A DNA stretch of 63,755 bases, counting the filler, from Sphaeroforma arctica JP610 (lineage: Eukaryota): the NCBI RefSeq assembly GCF_001186125.1. It is 5 parts of 3 records of this genome, joined end to end, with 100 filler letters (N's around TTAATTAATTAA, not from the genome) between each part and the next. Parts side by side here need not be neighbours in the genome. Positions count along the whole stretch, not along the records: positions 1 to 29,207 come from NW_014040550.1; 4 more parts are not named here. The stretch is one strand, 5' to 3'. Shown here piece by piece: positions 1 through 12,780 of the stretch. The notes beneath the pieces were generated by a model that searched no databases, was not told where the DNA came from, and saw only the letters and a list, made by a program, of their open reading frames with translations. The position numbers were made by a program, and so were the translations under genes. Numbering within the stretch: position 1 is the stretch's first letter; the number at the start of each line of letters is the position of its first letter.

Positions 1-322
1 GTCAATACGTGACCGAATTTCAGTACACTACATACATGCACATGTTGTGATACAAATAGATGGCTCACGGCCAATATACTATTCTGCATGTACTAACACG
101 TGCACATACGTGATCCAGATACCAGCACGCACATAAATATCAACACACGTCGCCGAATTCCAGAGTTTTTTGGGTTTTAGGGTATCATCCTGTGTTTTCG
201 TAGTACCTACGTGTGTGTATGCCTGTGTGCCTTGGGAGGCCATGCATTTGAGTCACTACTGCAATGTTCGATATCATTAGGGTTATCTGATGTACGTCTG
301 AAACACTAGGCACAAATGATCG

Positions 323-325
<3 letters not shown>

Positions 326-381
<56 letters not shown>

Positions 382-418
382 TATTATTATATTATTATAT
401 ATATATATATTATATATA

Positions 419-475
<57 letters not shown>

Positions 476-566
476 TAAACCTATATTTGAATATATTTAT
501 ATATATATATATATATCTATATCTATATCTATATCTTTATCTATATTTGTATCTATATCTATATTA
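326..566. repeat. (AT)n / (TATATC)n microsatellite
   Basis: Directly visible. It explains the IYIY part of ORF 316..825. Confidence 0.95.
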
Positions 567-589
567 TACAAATATAATACTCATTTTAG

Positions 590-3378
590 GTTTATTTCGT
601 CACTCAACAGTTGAAGCACAAATCTCGGGCAATGAACACAACTACAACCACAGTGCCATTACAAGTCACAAAGACGAGTCGTGTGGAGGATTGCGCGCAG
701 CTGGCAGTGTGGCGCCACCCCCATTCATACTCAATGGCCAACGATGGAGGTTGTCTACATACTATAACGAAGATCACGCAACTGCAATGGTAGGATTCTT
801 GGAGGTTATGCAGCTTTCGTGTTAGATGTTCCTTTAAAGAACACAGCATGTCGGTGAGTATACTATACACATAACTTGTATTTTATATATATTCAGGAAT
901 CTGACCATATATCTGTGATAGCACCTATGTCAGCGTTCGAACAGAAGTTTCAAGGCTATCAAAAGTACCGTATAGCATATCTTGATTTTGATCCCCAGGT
1001 CGCAGATTGAAGATCCGGAATGATGTCGTTCACGACGTGCGACATATTCCTACGACATGGGTCATTTAGAAATATAGGAAACATCATGTACCAACAAGAA
1101 CACCTTAACGCATATTACACGGCATCCGTTCTATTGTAGGCCGAGTATCTTCCCACAGGCGAGACGCGCGATAACTGGACAGAGATGATTGTTTCCATGA
1201 TTGAGCCGAAGCAGGACAAGGTAGTACACAGCATTTGCGTGGACAATCTTACCAAGGCTTATAAAACACATAAACGCATATACCTACACATCCATCCATG
1301 ACCGTTGCATAAGTGTTCAGTACACAGCATTTGCGTGGACAATTTTACCAGGGCATATACAACACATAGACGCATACACCTACACATCCATCCATGACCG
1401 TTGCATAAGTGTTCGTCACTGATCTTGAATGCCGTGGGCCCTGTTTATCTATCAAATGCTCACCATAGCGTGCTGAGAGTTGTGCCACTGTATGATTTCG
1501 AGGACACTACAAAATAAGCAGCAGTTGTATAGTCGGATTCGTTCTTTATATGTGTTCAAAAAAGGTAGTATCTGACCACCCTCCGAGATAAACGAGCCGA
1601 AATATGCTCGATCAAGGTATTCGTGACCTGTTACGAGGCATATGCATGTGCAGATGAACTGTTCGGCATGCAGCTCTTTGGCATGAATAAACGTAGTGAT
1701 TCATTTTGGGTTTGCCCACAAAAACGCTTTACTGCGCTCTATTTGGGACTATAACGAACAAGACGTCGGCTGATGTTTGGCATTTGATCGAAAGCGTTTT
1801 ATGATCTCGACTGTAGCTGTGCTAATGGATAATCACATCTGTTTTGAATATGTCCCCCACTCGTTGGAACGGGTGGTAGTCTCTCAGGCGGCATATGAAA
1901 GACTTGTGGGTGGCCACTAAATCTCAGCGAGCAGTGCTGTACTGGCAAGTGGTATGTCTTTTGGTTACAGCCACGTTGCACCGGTTAGTGATATATATTG
2001 ATCAGAGATGTACCCGTCGTGTTTGCATAGAAAGTAGCCACACATTTTTGATGGGAGTGGCAGGGGCAGATAGGCAATAGGGTATAGTCTTCATAGCAAT
2101 GGTTGGCGTATATACATGGATTGTGTTTAACATGCTTGTGCGTGTGGTTGTCTATGTGGGGTCAAGTACAGATACAAGACATGTGCGCATCAGCTGCATA
2201 TACGTCCCGTGAGTACGCAAGCTTGCCTATGTTTTTGGTTCTATCGACCTTTCTACTGCCATGGCATCAGCACCACTAGCTTGTGACCGATACCGTAAGC
2301 TGAGTCTGGCGCGGTCTATCACCAGCTTCAAACTGAGACGGGTTTGTAAATCTCTTTCGTAGATCGAAGAAAGCGCGACAGAGCTCATGTTTGAATACAG
2401 TTTGGACTACGGATCGGAGTACCACCTGTATAGGATGACGGAAAAGAATGACCTAGTTACGATATACTGCTACAGTCGTCGGGTATGTTTCGAGTACGGG
2501 TTTTTTACGGCCCTCCATATAGACCAAGTGTACGGTTTATATGTCGCGTTTCATGCGCCGGTTGTTCTTTCGCAATTTCTTTATAGCTGACAGGTTAGAG
2601 CATGTTATAAACTCACGCACATTATTCTCTAGTCAAGGCGTACATATTATGCATATACAGAGGTCAGAGCGCGTTGACCGTGCAGACTCAACTTTCGGTT
2701 GTCCACTGGGTGCATACGTGTAATATACCGTCGCAGCTGAACGTGCCAGCGAAGCATGTAGGATACATACTTACACTACGGCAAGATAAAAGAGTGTGAA
2801 CACATCCACAAAACCTACGTACACACACCCATGTGAGACTACAGTGCACGCAACACCTGTCGGTGTACCGACACACACACTTGTGGCTATGTACAAGCTT
2901 CCTACGTTGACATACGCCTTTTCACGACATCACAAATCCCCAGACAACTCCAGACCAAAGCACTGGTTGCTGTGGTAGCTTTTGGCTCCACACTCTCCAT
3001 TCGGTGCTCAATCGTGAGCTGCAGTACCACTTACAATTACAAGATGGTATCCTCATCACATGGTAGCAATTCTACACTATGCGACCATGTTTCCAACCTC
3101 CGTCCACTTCAAAACAGCTAGGTTTCTATATTAGTTTGTGAGGTTTATTACACTCATATCCGTCTGTTTATTACATCGTAAGTGTGGGTTCGAAGGCGTT
3201 GATCCTGTGCCGATATCTTAACCATCACCTTGTCCTCGTACCTAACACCTTACAGTTGAAGGAGAACCCTCAGCGCGAGCAAACCGCTGAACTGGCGGCG
3301 AACGAAGCAACGCGCCTACAATGGACCGACACTTTAAAGGCTGTGCCTTTAGATGAAGACCCTAGCAGTACAGTATAG
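590..3378 (+). CDS. Spliced hypothetical protein resembling a bacterial 'EYxPxGETxxNWTE' family; N-terminus unresolved
   Basis: Phase-compatible GT-AG exons: 590/611-789 (..[20 protein letters not shown]), 1140-1220 ([27 protein letters not shown]), 1569-1616 ([16 protein letters not shown]), 2363-2482 ([40 protein letters not shown]), 3256-3378 ([27 protein letters not shown]). The start exon was not identified. Confidence 0.6.
1224..1414. repeat. 2 x ~96-bp tandem duplication at the start of an intron
   Basis: gtacacagcatttgcgtggacaat...catccatccatgaccgttgcataagtgttc occurs twice. Confidence 0.9.
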
Positions 3379-3739
3379 ATAAAAGTATCTTTTAAATCGC
3401 TTGTCTTCACTCATTAAAAGAAGTCACACGCCTACAATGGACTGACACTTTAAAGGCTGTGCCTCTAGATGAAGACTCTACCAGTACAGTATAGATAAAA
3501 GTATCTTTTAAATCACTTGTAATCACACTTTAAAAGAAGCCACACGCCTACAATGGACTGACACTTTTAAGGCTGTGCCTTTAGACGAAGACCCTACCAG
3601 TACAGTATAAATAATAGTATCTTTTAAATCACTTGTAATCACACATTACAAGAAGCCACACGCCTACAATGGACTGACATTTTTAAGGCTGTGTCTCTAG
3701 ATGAAGACCCTACCAGTACAGTATAAAGAAAAGTATCTT
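3313..3739. repeat. ~116-bp tandem repeat x ~3.7, containing the last codons and stop of the upstream gene
   Basis: Units start with cgcctacaatggac at ~3313, 3429, 3545 and 3661. Confidence 0.95.
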
Positions 3740-3873
3740 AGAATCTTTTTTCGTTTGCATTCGTTCACTAATATATACAGCTCCTCCCATAGTGATCATA
3801 GCGATCCAGCTCAATTACGAGCACTTTCTCGTAATAGGCAATAGGACGTAGCAAATCTTGAATCCTTCCGAAC

Positions 3874-4110
3874 AAGCGTACAGCCGTCTGTATTATGTCT
3901 ACATTATGTTCGCAATGTGTCATTGTATAGCTACGCGTTCATTGAATCAAAGTTATATTATGAAGTTGTACCACTGTGGCCGTGTACGTGAAGAAGCGTA
4001 CAGCCGTCTATATCATGTCTACATTATGTTCGCAATGTGACATTGATAATGTCTACGCGTTCATTGAATCGAAGTTATAATATGAAGTTGTGCCACTGTG
4101 GCCGTGTACG
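3874..4110. repeat. 2 x ~120-bp tandem repeat
   Basis: aagcgtacagccgtct...ccactgtggccgtgtacg occurs twice. Confidence 0.9.
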
Positions 4111-4406
4111 GCGCTGAGTGTCGAGTCTGTAACTCTCGTGAGAATACGAGATAGACGCAAAGATACCGTGCATTGAACTAGGCAGCGAGCAACAGTGCAC
4201 GGAGTAATAAAACGCTTGTAGTTATGGTGCGATCAATCCTTGCGATCCCCTTTCTTTCAATGCATACGCTAGCCATGGCTGATTTTATATATAAACAAAC
4301 ACCATACATGTGTACATTTTTAATGTTTTTTTAATACTTTTAGTTGTACATAAACCAACGTGACTTCACTAAGGCAGCAAAGGTTTAAGGCGTACAAGTT
4401 GAGTAA

Positions 4407-7400
4407 TTAGAAGTGCACAGGATCTACACGCAGCAGCGTATCGTCGAGCGAAGACACCAGTCGCGCTTTCGTTGTGATAGAAGGTGTATCATATCTGTAG
4501 GCAGATTTCAGTGTTTATGAGTTTGTCTGATTGCACATTGAGACAGCCATGTGCATGTACTCGTATATGGGTTTGTGTATTACCGCAGACAATACCAGAA
4601 GAAATTCTGAACGAGTGTGGCTGTGCATACAACACTGATATGTCAGAAGTCTGACGAGATCGTCTCGCGAAATTACTTGCATCTATAGCAACTGCCGTTA
4701 TATAGTAATCAAATCGGTGCGGGAAGATCGAAGGACTTGCTCATGTACCCTGATAATACTAAGGTAACAAGACACTCAACTACACATCACCACCCATAGA
4801 CTGTCGCTCCGCCAGTGCACTCTTCTAATCGAACTCGGAAACTAAAAATTGTGTTCCAATTAAGTATAATTCAAAACGAGATGCATATGAATGCACGTAC
4901 AGAAACACAAACAAAGGCAGGCTGCTTGAACGTGACGAAGTTATACATTAAATCTGTGTAAAAGTGCGCGAAAGCTACGACTTCTATTTAAGCAGGTGTA
5001 TAGACTGTGAGACACGAGTGGCATCTATGCACTAGGCCCAGTGGCTGACTGTATGGTATGGTTCATACTAATCACCGCAGTAAACTCATCGCACGTACCT
5101 GTAGAAGTATTCACATGCCAGCTGCTTGCCCTCGTAGAAGACTCGATCAGTATCGCTGCAAATGTTAGCGCAGAAAATCGATTTGGTATTGTTAAGTGGT
5201 GCTTTGCGAATTGTTGTGTAATACTTTAATCTAGACGCAATTGGTGTAATTTACATACACGTCAAAAATTGAATGCACACAGATGGGGTGTGGATGCAGG
5301 CAGGCATCCGAATGTGCTTATGCAATGCGTGTGAATTGACTGTACGAACGTACAGTTTGCAATACAAAATATTCTCTAATAACAAGCAATTATGTGTATA
5401 TATACGAAACACACACCTGATTAAACTGTTTGTTTCCAACTGTTTCGTGGCAATGGACGCCTGTTTCAGCCACATCCAGGACATGATGAGGGTTCCAAAC
5501 ATGTTGAGGTACTCGTGCGAATTACATAGAAGGCCATCCACAGATTTTGATTCGGATAGCAACGTCTGCATGTCATTGCATATGAGGAAAGTACAAAATT
5601 TCAGCCATTGGTGCCAAAGTCCCGACATTTCAAACAATAGTGCCGAACTAGGTATGTGGGAAAGTGCTGCAGAAACAAGGCTCGATAATAGCACTACCGC
5701 TCACCTTGGTCGCCGAATCCACCTCGTTGATGGCTGATTCAAGATCACGCGCGTGCATGGCCATCTTGTTGTTACCAAGAGCTTTGGCACTCTCACAGCT
5801 GTCGCGCATGTCCTTGTACAGCAGCTGTGATTGCTTTCCATTGTCTCGGGCAATCTTTCTGCCCAGCAGATCTAGAATAAACAGCAAATTCATGAGTATC
5901 TCCAGCTACATATATATGTATATGTGAATATTAAGGAGATTGGTATAAATCGCATAAGCTGCAAGCCTGAATTGTATTTTGAACTGCGACATATCGTTGC
6001 TCTCGAGAATCCCTTTACGCGTTTTGTAGTAAATAGACAAGATCATATATGTGTACGTGCGCAGTTGCGTTGTATGTATGCAGAGATGCTCATGGATTGT
6101 TGTTAGTGTGTATTAATGCCCGCGCATATTTCTTCACCAATGCAAACACAAGGTGACTCATCCTCACCTAATGATTGTACGCCATTAGTGCCCTCGTGGA
6201 TCATATTCAGGCGATTCGTTCTGTAGAATTCTTCCACTGGGAAGTCCTTGGTGTAGCCACATCCGCCTAGGATTTGAATGGCCCACTTATTCGCCTGCAT
6301 AGTAGGACGAAAGTAGTTGTATCAATGGATGCACCTCAAGAACCTTATGGATCGTAGTGATCTCTGTCAGATGACTTTGGGGTAGCCAAATCACTCAAAC
6401 ACTCGGATAGGCCATTTCTTTGCTTGACTGACAAGATGAACATAATACAACCCTAATACCCTAAACTCTAACCCACCCGCATACCTCCAGACACCACTCA
6501 GAGGGGTACGACTTGACAACGGGTGTGAGCAGGTCCAACATCTCGAACGATGTCTTGCGCTCTTCGGGCGTTGCTGCGGTTTTAGAGTCATCCAGCAGAT
6601 ACGCCGCATACATGCACAATGAGAGACTGCCTTCTACGTAGCACTTCTGTGCCATCAGCATACGGCGAACGTCTGCGTGCTGTATGATGGGTACCTGGGC
6701 CACTGGTCCGTCCTGTGTCGACGATGTGATAGTTTGTATTAGTGCATATTTATACCATTTGATGTAGACTTATATCTTAGATAAGTTACATATTTAACCA
6801 TATGACCCTCTACATATCTTCTGTAGCTCAGTTGGTAGAGCGCACGCCTACGAAGCGTGAAGTCGCGGTTTCGAGTACCGTCAGAGGAAATATTTTTCTT
6901 TTTCCTTCTTTTCTCAAAAAAAATACAAAAAAGTTCGTTTACTCACCTTCGATTTGACCTGAGGTCGGCCTTGTCTCCTGTCCAGTGCATATGCGAGGGA
7001 AGCTCGATATCCAAGACCACCTGAGTATGTGGCGAATGCAAGACGTTAAAAACCGTGACAACTGACTTCATATCCAGGTGTTAAATGGAACACACACATA
7101 CACATATACACACACGCACATACACTATATATATATATATAATAGATCCCACGGTAGTGGGGACGAAGAGCATCCTCTTAGCAGGGTTAAGAGACAGCGA
7201 CACAACTGTATTTATTCAATACGGTTGTCGCCTGCGAAACAATGCGTTGCACAGTCAAACACAGTCAAAACGTAAACTAGGATAGAATGGTCGTACGGAT
7301 GACACATCGCCGTACTTAAAACTGTCACAACCTGAATTATCTACGCCATATTCCACATGGCCATGTGCTGACACTCCATACCTAGTGCTGTAGCAGCCAA

Positions 7401-10400
7401 TCTATCGTATCCGCCCAGACCAAGAGTATCGAGTAGATGGGAGTGAGAAGATTAGTTAGAAGTGTGAAACGTGACCACGAGCACGGGCTGTGAGGTGCGT
7501 TTTGTATCTCATGCAGATTAAGAAGTCTGGTAGTACTCGCAGGCCTCGAGTACAATATAGACGAGCACGCAAGTACTCCGGAATAGATACAGAGTGACGC
7601 ACCCCGGGTTAGTAGTATTTATGCAAGTGCTGAAAACCCACAATCACACTCCAGGTCAAATGAAATACTATTAACATTAAGGATAATTGGTATATACATA
7701 TATGTATATCTATATATAGTACAAATATATATATATAAATACTTGCATATACTCGGCAGTCAACAGCACACTATTATTTTGTAGACATACCCAACACCAA
7801 TTCGCGCACCATTCATCATCAGGAACATGTACTCAAGCCCACGGCCCGGTTCACCAACTGTCAAGGAGGTGCAAAGTAATTAAGCAGAGATATACAGGTC
7901 GAAAATCGAAGACACATTTGGAAGAAGCGCGTCCGTCCATTTTTGTAAGCATGTAATGCGATATTAGCGTGTAGATATGTCCTCGTATACGCGCTGTTGG
8001 TTCTAAATAGCCGATAAATTTATATTCGCGTGGCAAATACCAAGACCACGTGTACCAAGCCCACCTAACATTTATTAGAAGTAGACCTACATTCCAGATA
8101 ATTCTATAGGAAAAGGCCCAAGTTCGCGAATTCAAGTCCACAAGTAAAATCAACCGAACGAGACAAGAAAGAACTGCTGCATACCCAAGTATCCCACGCT
8201 TTCACTGCTGTCTCCGAAGCTTAGTGCGGTATTTGTGGTTCCCTTCCACCCCAATTTCTCATTTAATCCAAGCAGTTCAATTCCATTTGTGCTGTGGCCC
8301 TCTGTGAGACGGCCACGTGTTCTCGTAAGTATATTGCTTGTAAATGACGAGTGCTTGGATCATAGTAAATGTTTGTCACTCTTTAGAGCCAACGCTCACA
8401 GCCCCATAAGTATGAGCAAGTAGATGCAAAGTATTTCCGTTATGATGAATCGGCGTTTCTGACGCTTACTCACCGTTTATAGCAAAAAAAACAAATCGAC
8501 TGAATGAATCTTTGCGAAAAGAATTTCTTGGACTAGTTTTGTGGTAATGGGTAACTAATAGAAATTCTTGAATAAGTTTTGTGGTAGCGGGTACCTAATA
8601 GAAATTCTTGAACCAGTTTTTTGGCAGTCAGTAATAGCTTTGTGCATATGCAAGTCGGCTATTCAACGAGGTGAGCATCGTCCAGCATAGCTTCCACGCA
8701 CTTAACTCAGTGACTGTGCGTGTAAAATCCAGTGCAATTTTTCAATGGAATGCCAATCAGAGCTAGAGAACAAGAGATTCAATAACACATAGCAATTCAA
8801 AAATAGTATACACTGTATTATAAGTACAAAGATATGAACTTCCATCACATACTCAGGTCGACCTCGGGTGGTTCGCCATCAAAGTCAAAGTCGTGCTTGG
8901 GTACGATAAACATGGAGATGCCTTTGACACCGGGTGCAACCTTTCCGTCCGGTGATTTGATTTTCGCAAGGACCAAGTGGATTATGTTGTCCGTCGCATC
9001 CTAGAGAAGTGTGTGAGTGAGGGCGTATGAACTATCAGAGCGTGCCAAACATTGTGAATACAGAAAGACATTCTCTACTTCTACAAATGCATACACGCGG
9101 GCCATCTGGCCATTGCCGATGCCGTTCCGATGTACAGATATGAGGTCTCTAGCAAGGTTGATAGGTACATCCCTAGTATACGCAAAGACCAACAATGACT
9201 GCCAACGTTATCAATATACCAAACTGTGCACAGTAGACGCTCTCGTTACCACTGAATTCCGTATAGGCTGCTCCACCGAGGCATATTGAGGCATATTGGC
9301 GACGGTTTCGTCTGGAATTCATAACTCCGAAAATATATACAAAAATCACTTATAGTTAAAAATAGATACACAAAATACTGTCGGTACAACCGCTTATCAG
9401 ATGTGCAAATGGGTATTGTAAGTTACTGAGGACTCCTATAAGATTATGGTGGTACATTTACGTTAACTCCACAGTCCGAACCATCCATAGTTCTATACAG
9501 AGACATATAGTTGCAGGGCAGTACTGCATTTGACTACAGAAGCATACCTGCTCGCCACCACTAATCCACATCTTGTTTCCCTTCACACTGAATCTCTTGC
9601 CATTACCTCCCTCCGAGTCCATCTCCGTCGCAATGGTTGAAACTACAAAGTTGAAAAAATTGAGTCGATCTTAATTGTCTAGCAATACGGGTGTGTCGAA
9701 GCCTTTCAAAACGGAGTCTAGTCTACAACACAATCTCTTTAGGCATCATAACGGAATATACTGTAACGTTTTTGATACTACAAGCTCATTGATGATTTGC
9801 AAGTGTATATGCTCTCGTCTCGGTACACTATATCAGCTGACCGTAAGCGCCACACAAAAAATGCCAACATGTTCTGAAGCGTGGTACGCTGTCCATAAAG
9901 GAAAGCGACGGGCCATATATACGAACCATGGACCATATAGTATCCAGCACAGACGAGCCAGTTAAGCACTTGAATTACAAACTCAAATCGAGAGTTGCAG
10001 GCCAGAAAAGGCACTTACTGTCAGCCAGCGATGACCCTGCCTGAGGCTCTGAGAGGCACATAGTACCCATGAATCGACCCGATAGGATGTGCGGTAGGAA
10101 CCTTTCTCTCTGTTCGTCAGATCCGAATCTCGACTGTAGATTTATATGAAAGCAGGAAGTATATGAGCATTCAGTGCAATTGAATTAACATCGACAGAAG
10201 AATGGCAGCATATCAGTTTGTTGACGCACGCGGCCGTGTTCGTGCAACCTGCACTCGCAAGTAGCGCCTGTACTGACACTTTGAATGTGTACTTGTAAGG
10301 TATACAAGATGCTGGCGGTACACACACCCACACACAGACGATTTGAACCACATTTGATAGAATGTAGAAGTTGGATGAGATTGCGAAATGGTATACACAG

Positions 10401-12780
10401 AAATTTACATTACACTACTTAACATGGCGTGCTGCGTAACGGCTGTAGGACACTCTTAACAGACGTTGTGCTACGAACAGCTGGCCAACGTATTTACTGA
10501 CCGCGTGCAATGGTTCCGCTGGTAAAGATAAGCCTGAAGTATACCTTTCCAGCGATGCGAATACGTACAATCAATCGGAAGATCACGTGGAATTAACACC
10601 GCAAGTGAGTCGACGATAGATATGGTAACTTCAACCAGGAATGTATACCTTCGTAGATGCACTACCAATCAACAAAGATTCATACTAGAATACTGTGAAA
10701 TAGTACTATGTGATGAACACACAACATACCAGCACATTTGCCACACCCATAGCCAGAGAAGGGTATGAGGATATAGACATGCTCGCTGATCCGATAATCA
10801 TTTCGGCAATCATTTGTGCTGTGTGTGGCATCTGGAGACCGCCGTGTTCCTCAGGCAACTAAAGTGGAAAGTGAGAACAGCGCATCAGATATACGAAGAT
10901 AGATATGTAGCTGAGAAAAAAAAATGTAATTCTTCACTTCTGCATACAGATTGAAAAAGGGAACTGTACCAAATGTAGCACTCTATCCTGAAACGGTATT
11001 GAGGTCGACATACAAGTCTTTACCATGTATGTTTATCTATGTATACATACATAACAGATATATAAACAGAAGTNNNNNNNNNNNNNNNNNNNNTCCGTTT
11101 ACTTACTGACGCGGCCATAAACCCAGTTTCTGCAAGAGTTTCGATTGCGGGTGCGATCACTGACGAGACGCGAGCTCTGCCATCGACGAATCTAAGTGTT
11201 TGGATGGATAAAATTGAGCTTCTAACAAAGAGTGCGGATATGAATCCCACATACTCTGTGAGCAGTAAAGTATAGGTGAATCCCAAACACGGTCAAGAAA
11301 AATAAGCTCTAAGGTGTTGTTATGTGCTTTGACTAACAATACACAAATCGCCCTGAAGCGGCGTGGTTGTGAGTCTCTCAGGCAATAGATGTATAAGCAG
11401 CTGTATACGGCTAGACTACATACAATGCGAACGAGCACGCTGATCTCCTTATGCATAAGCTAAAGTTACTTACTTAGGAGGCTCATTATGCATATGCTAA
11501 AGATACTTACATAGGAGGGTTTTTATCCAGCTCCACATTGTGTGGTTTGAAATGGGTGTTGGCCACATTTGTTAGAGTGGCGTAGTACTCCTTGATTGTG
11601 GGCATGGAGTGTTCGGCGTAGTACGGCCTCTTCAGCAGACCTTCGGTGTCAATCAGCTGTATGAAATGAAATATGTGCTCTGTATTGTGAGCGATGGAGT
11701 AGAGCATCTATAATATGGGAAAAAATGGCAATGTAATGTATACGTTGAAGGTCATCCTCATACGGTAATAGGACCATAGTATCTATTCTGTGCGAAACGC
11801 CCTTTTTATGATCACCGTTACTGGATTGTGTTTGATGAGTTGCTATAGCAACCATTAGGTTGTACGAATACCGAAACATATGGCCTTTAACTGATAGAAT
11901 GGAGTTGTGCCATGAATTTGTCAGAAACCAATGAATCCACATGTCACGTATAGGGAGCACTCAAGTGTAGTTTGGCAAAGCAAAACCGACACAACTGTTC
12001 ATATATCGGCTGCCGCCCGGCATCAGAACAATGGTACATCTTGTATTCATTGCTATACAACTACATGCACAGAGCAGAAATATGTACCCACGTAGGCTTA
12101 CCTCTTCGAGCATGAATGTCACGTCTCGATCGGACAGAATGCCAGCCCCTTCTAAACCAACAGGGCCTCCAGTGTAGCTTGCAGGGGTGGCCTCTGCACC
12201 TACAGTAGTATAGTTTGAGTATAAATGAGATACACATTTGGTAGTGGACCAGTGCGTTGATGTCTGTGTAGTGCACTGATATATCCGTGAAACTGACCAT
12301 AGTGTATGATAAATAAAATTATAGCCTGGCATATATTCGTGACAGTAGGGTTGGAAAGGTATACACGTTTTCATATGATAATACTCGTGTATATAAGACG
12401 ATCTCTAGGTAAATGCGGATACATATCGAATATATATATATATGTATATATATATAATCACATCCTAAGCGTATTACCTTTGTACCTTGCCTATATACCT
12501 GATACACATACCATCAACGCAAATACGTTCCATCCGTTGTAATACATCACATACACATCATACACGCATCATACAATCATTAACACATCATACACAATCA
12601 AGCACAAGAATCACATAATGCACATCGTATACACATCGTTCACATCACACGCTAATCAGCGACTCTCCTACCATCACTGGCCGCTGACCGTGCTCGAGAG
12701 ACCACTCTGTTGAGCGCACCGTTGGCACGGCGGCTGCCGATTCTCTGGAATCCACTCCTAAGCGAACTGTACTTTAGCAT
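4407..12780 (-). CDS. Acyl-CoA dehydrogenase, long bacterial-type (DmdC/FadE5-like), with a probable mitochondrial presequence; ~18 exons
   Basis: ATG at 12780 (MLKYSSLRSGFQRIGSRRANGALNRVVSRARS, Arg/Ser-rich). Exon motifs: LPEEHGGLQMP, GTMCLSEPQAGSSLAD (~10020-10070), KGNKMWISGGEQ, DNIIHLVLAK, GVKGISMFIVPK, GLNEKLGWKG, MFLMMNGARIGVG, IIQHADVRRML, AIQILGGCGY, IHEGTNGVQSLDLLGRKI, FYEGKQLACEYFYRYD. TAA at 4407-4409. Canonical GT-AG junctions in consistent phase. Confidence 0.93.
6817..6889 (+). tRNA. tRNA-Arg(ACG)-like gene, intronic and antisense to the ACAD gene; non-canonical T-arm
   Basis: 73-nt cloverleaf: acceptor TCTTCTG/CAGAGGA+A, D-arm GCTC-AGTTGGTA-GAGC, anticodon stem CACGC/GCGTG with loop CT-ACG-AA (anticodon 6850-6852), T-arm GCGGT-TTCGAGT-ACCGT. 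Followed by T-runs resembling a Pol III terminator. Confidence 0.75.
8519..8636. repeat. ~40-bp tandem repeat x3 (intronic)
   Basis: gaa(a/t)ttcttg..agtttt(g)tggta..gggta.ctaata units. Confidence 0.85.

Noticed and set aside
897..998. Candidate extra exon [11 protein letters not shown]...FDPQ in the first gene
   Set aside because: It has AG/GT ends and an open frame, but it interrupts the motif spacing between the 789 and 1140 exons. Unsupported without RNA data.
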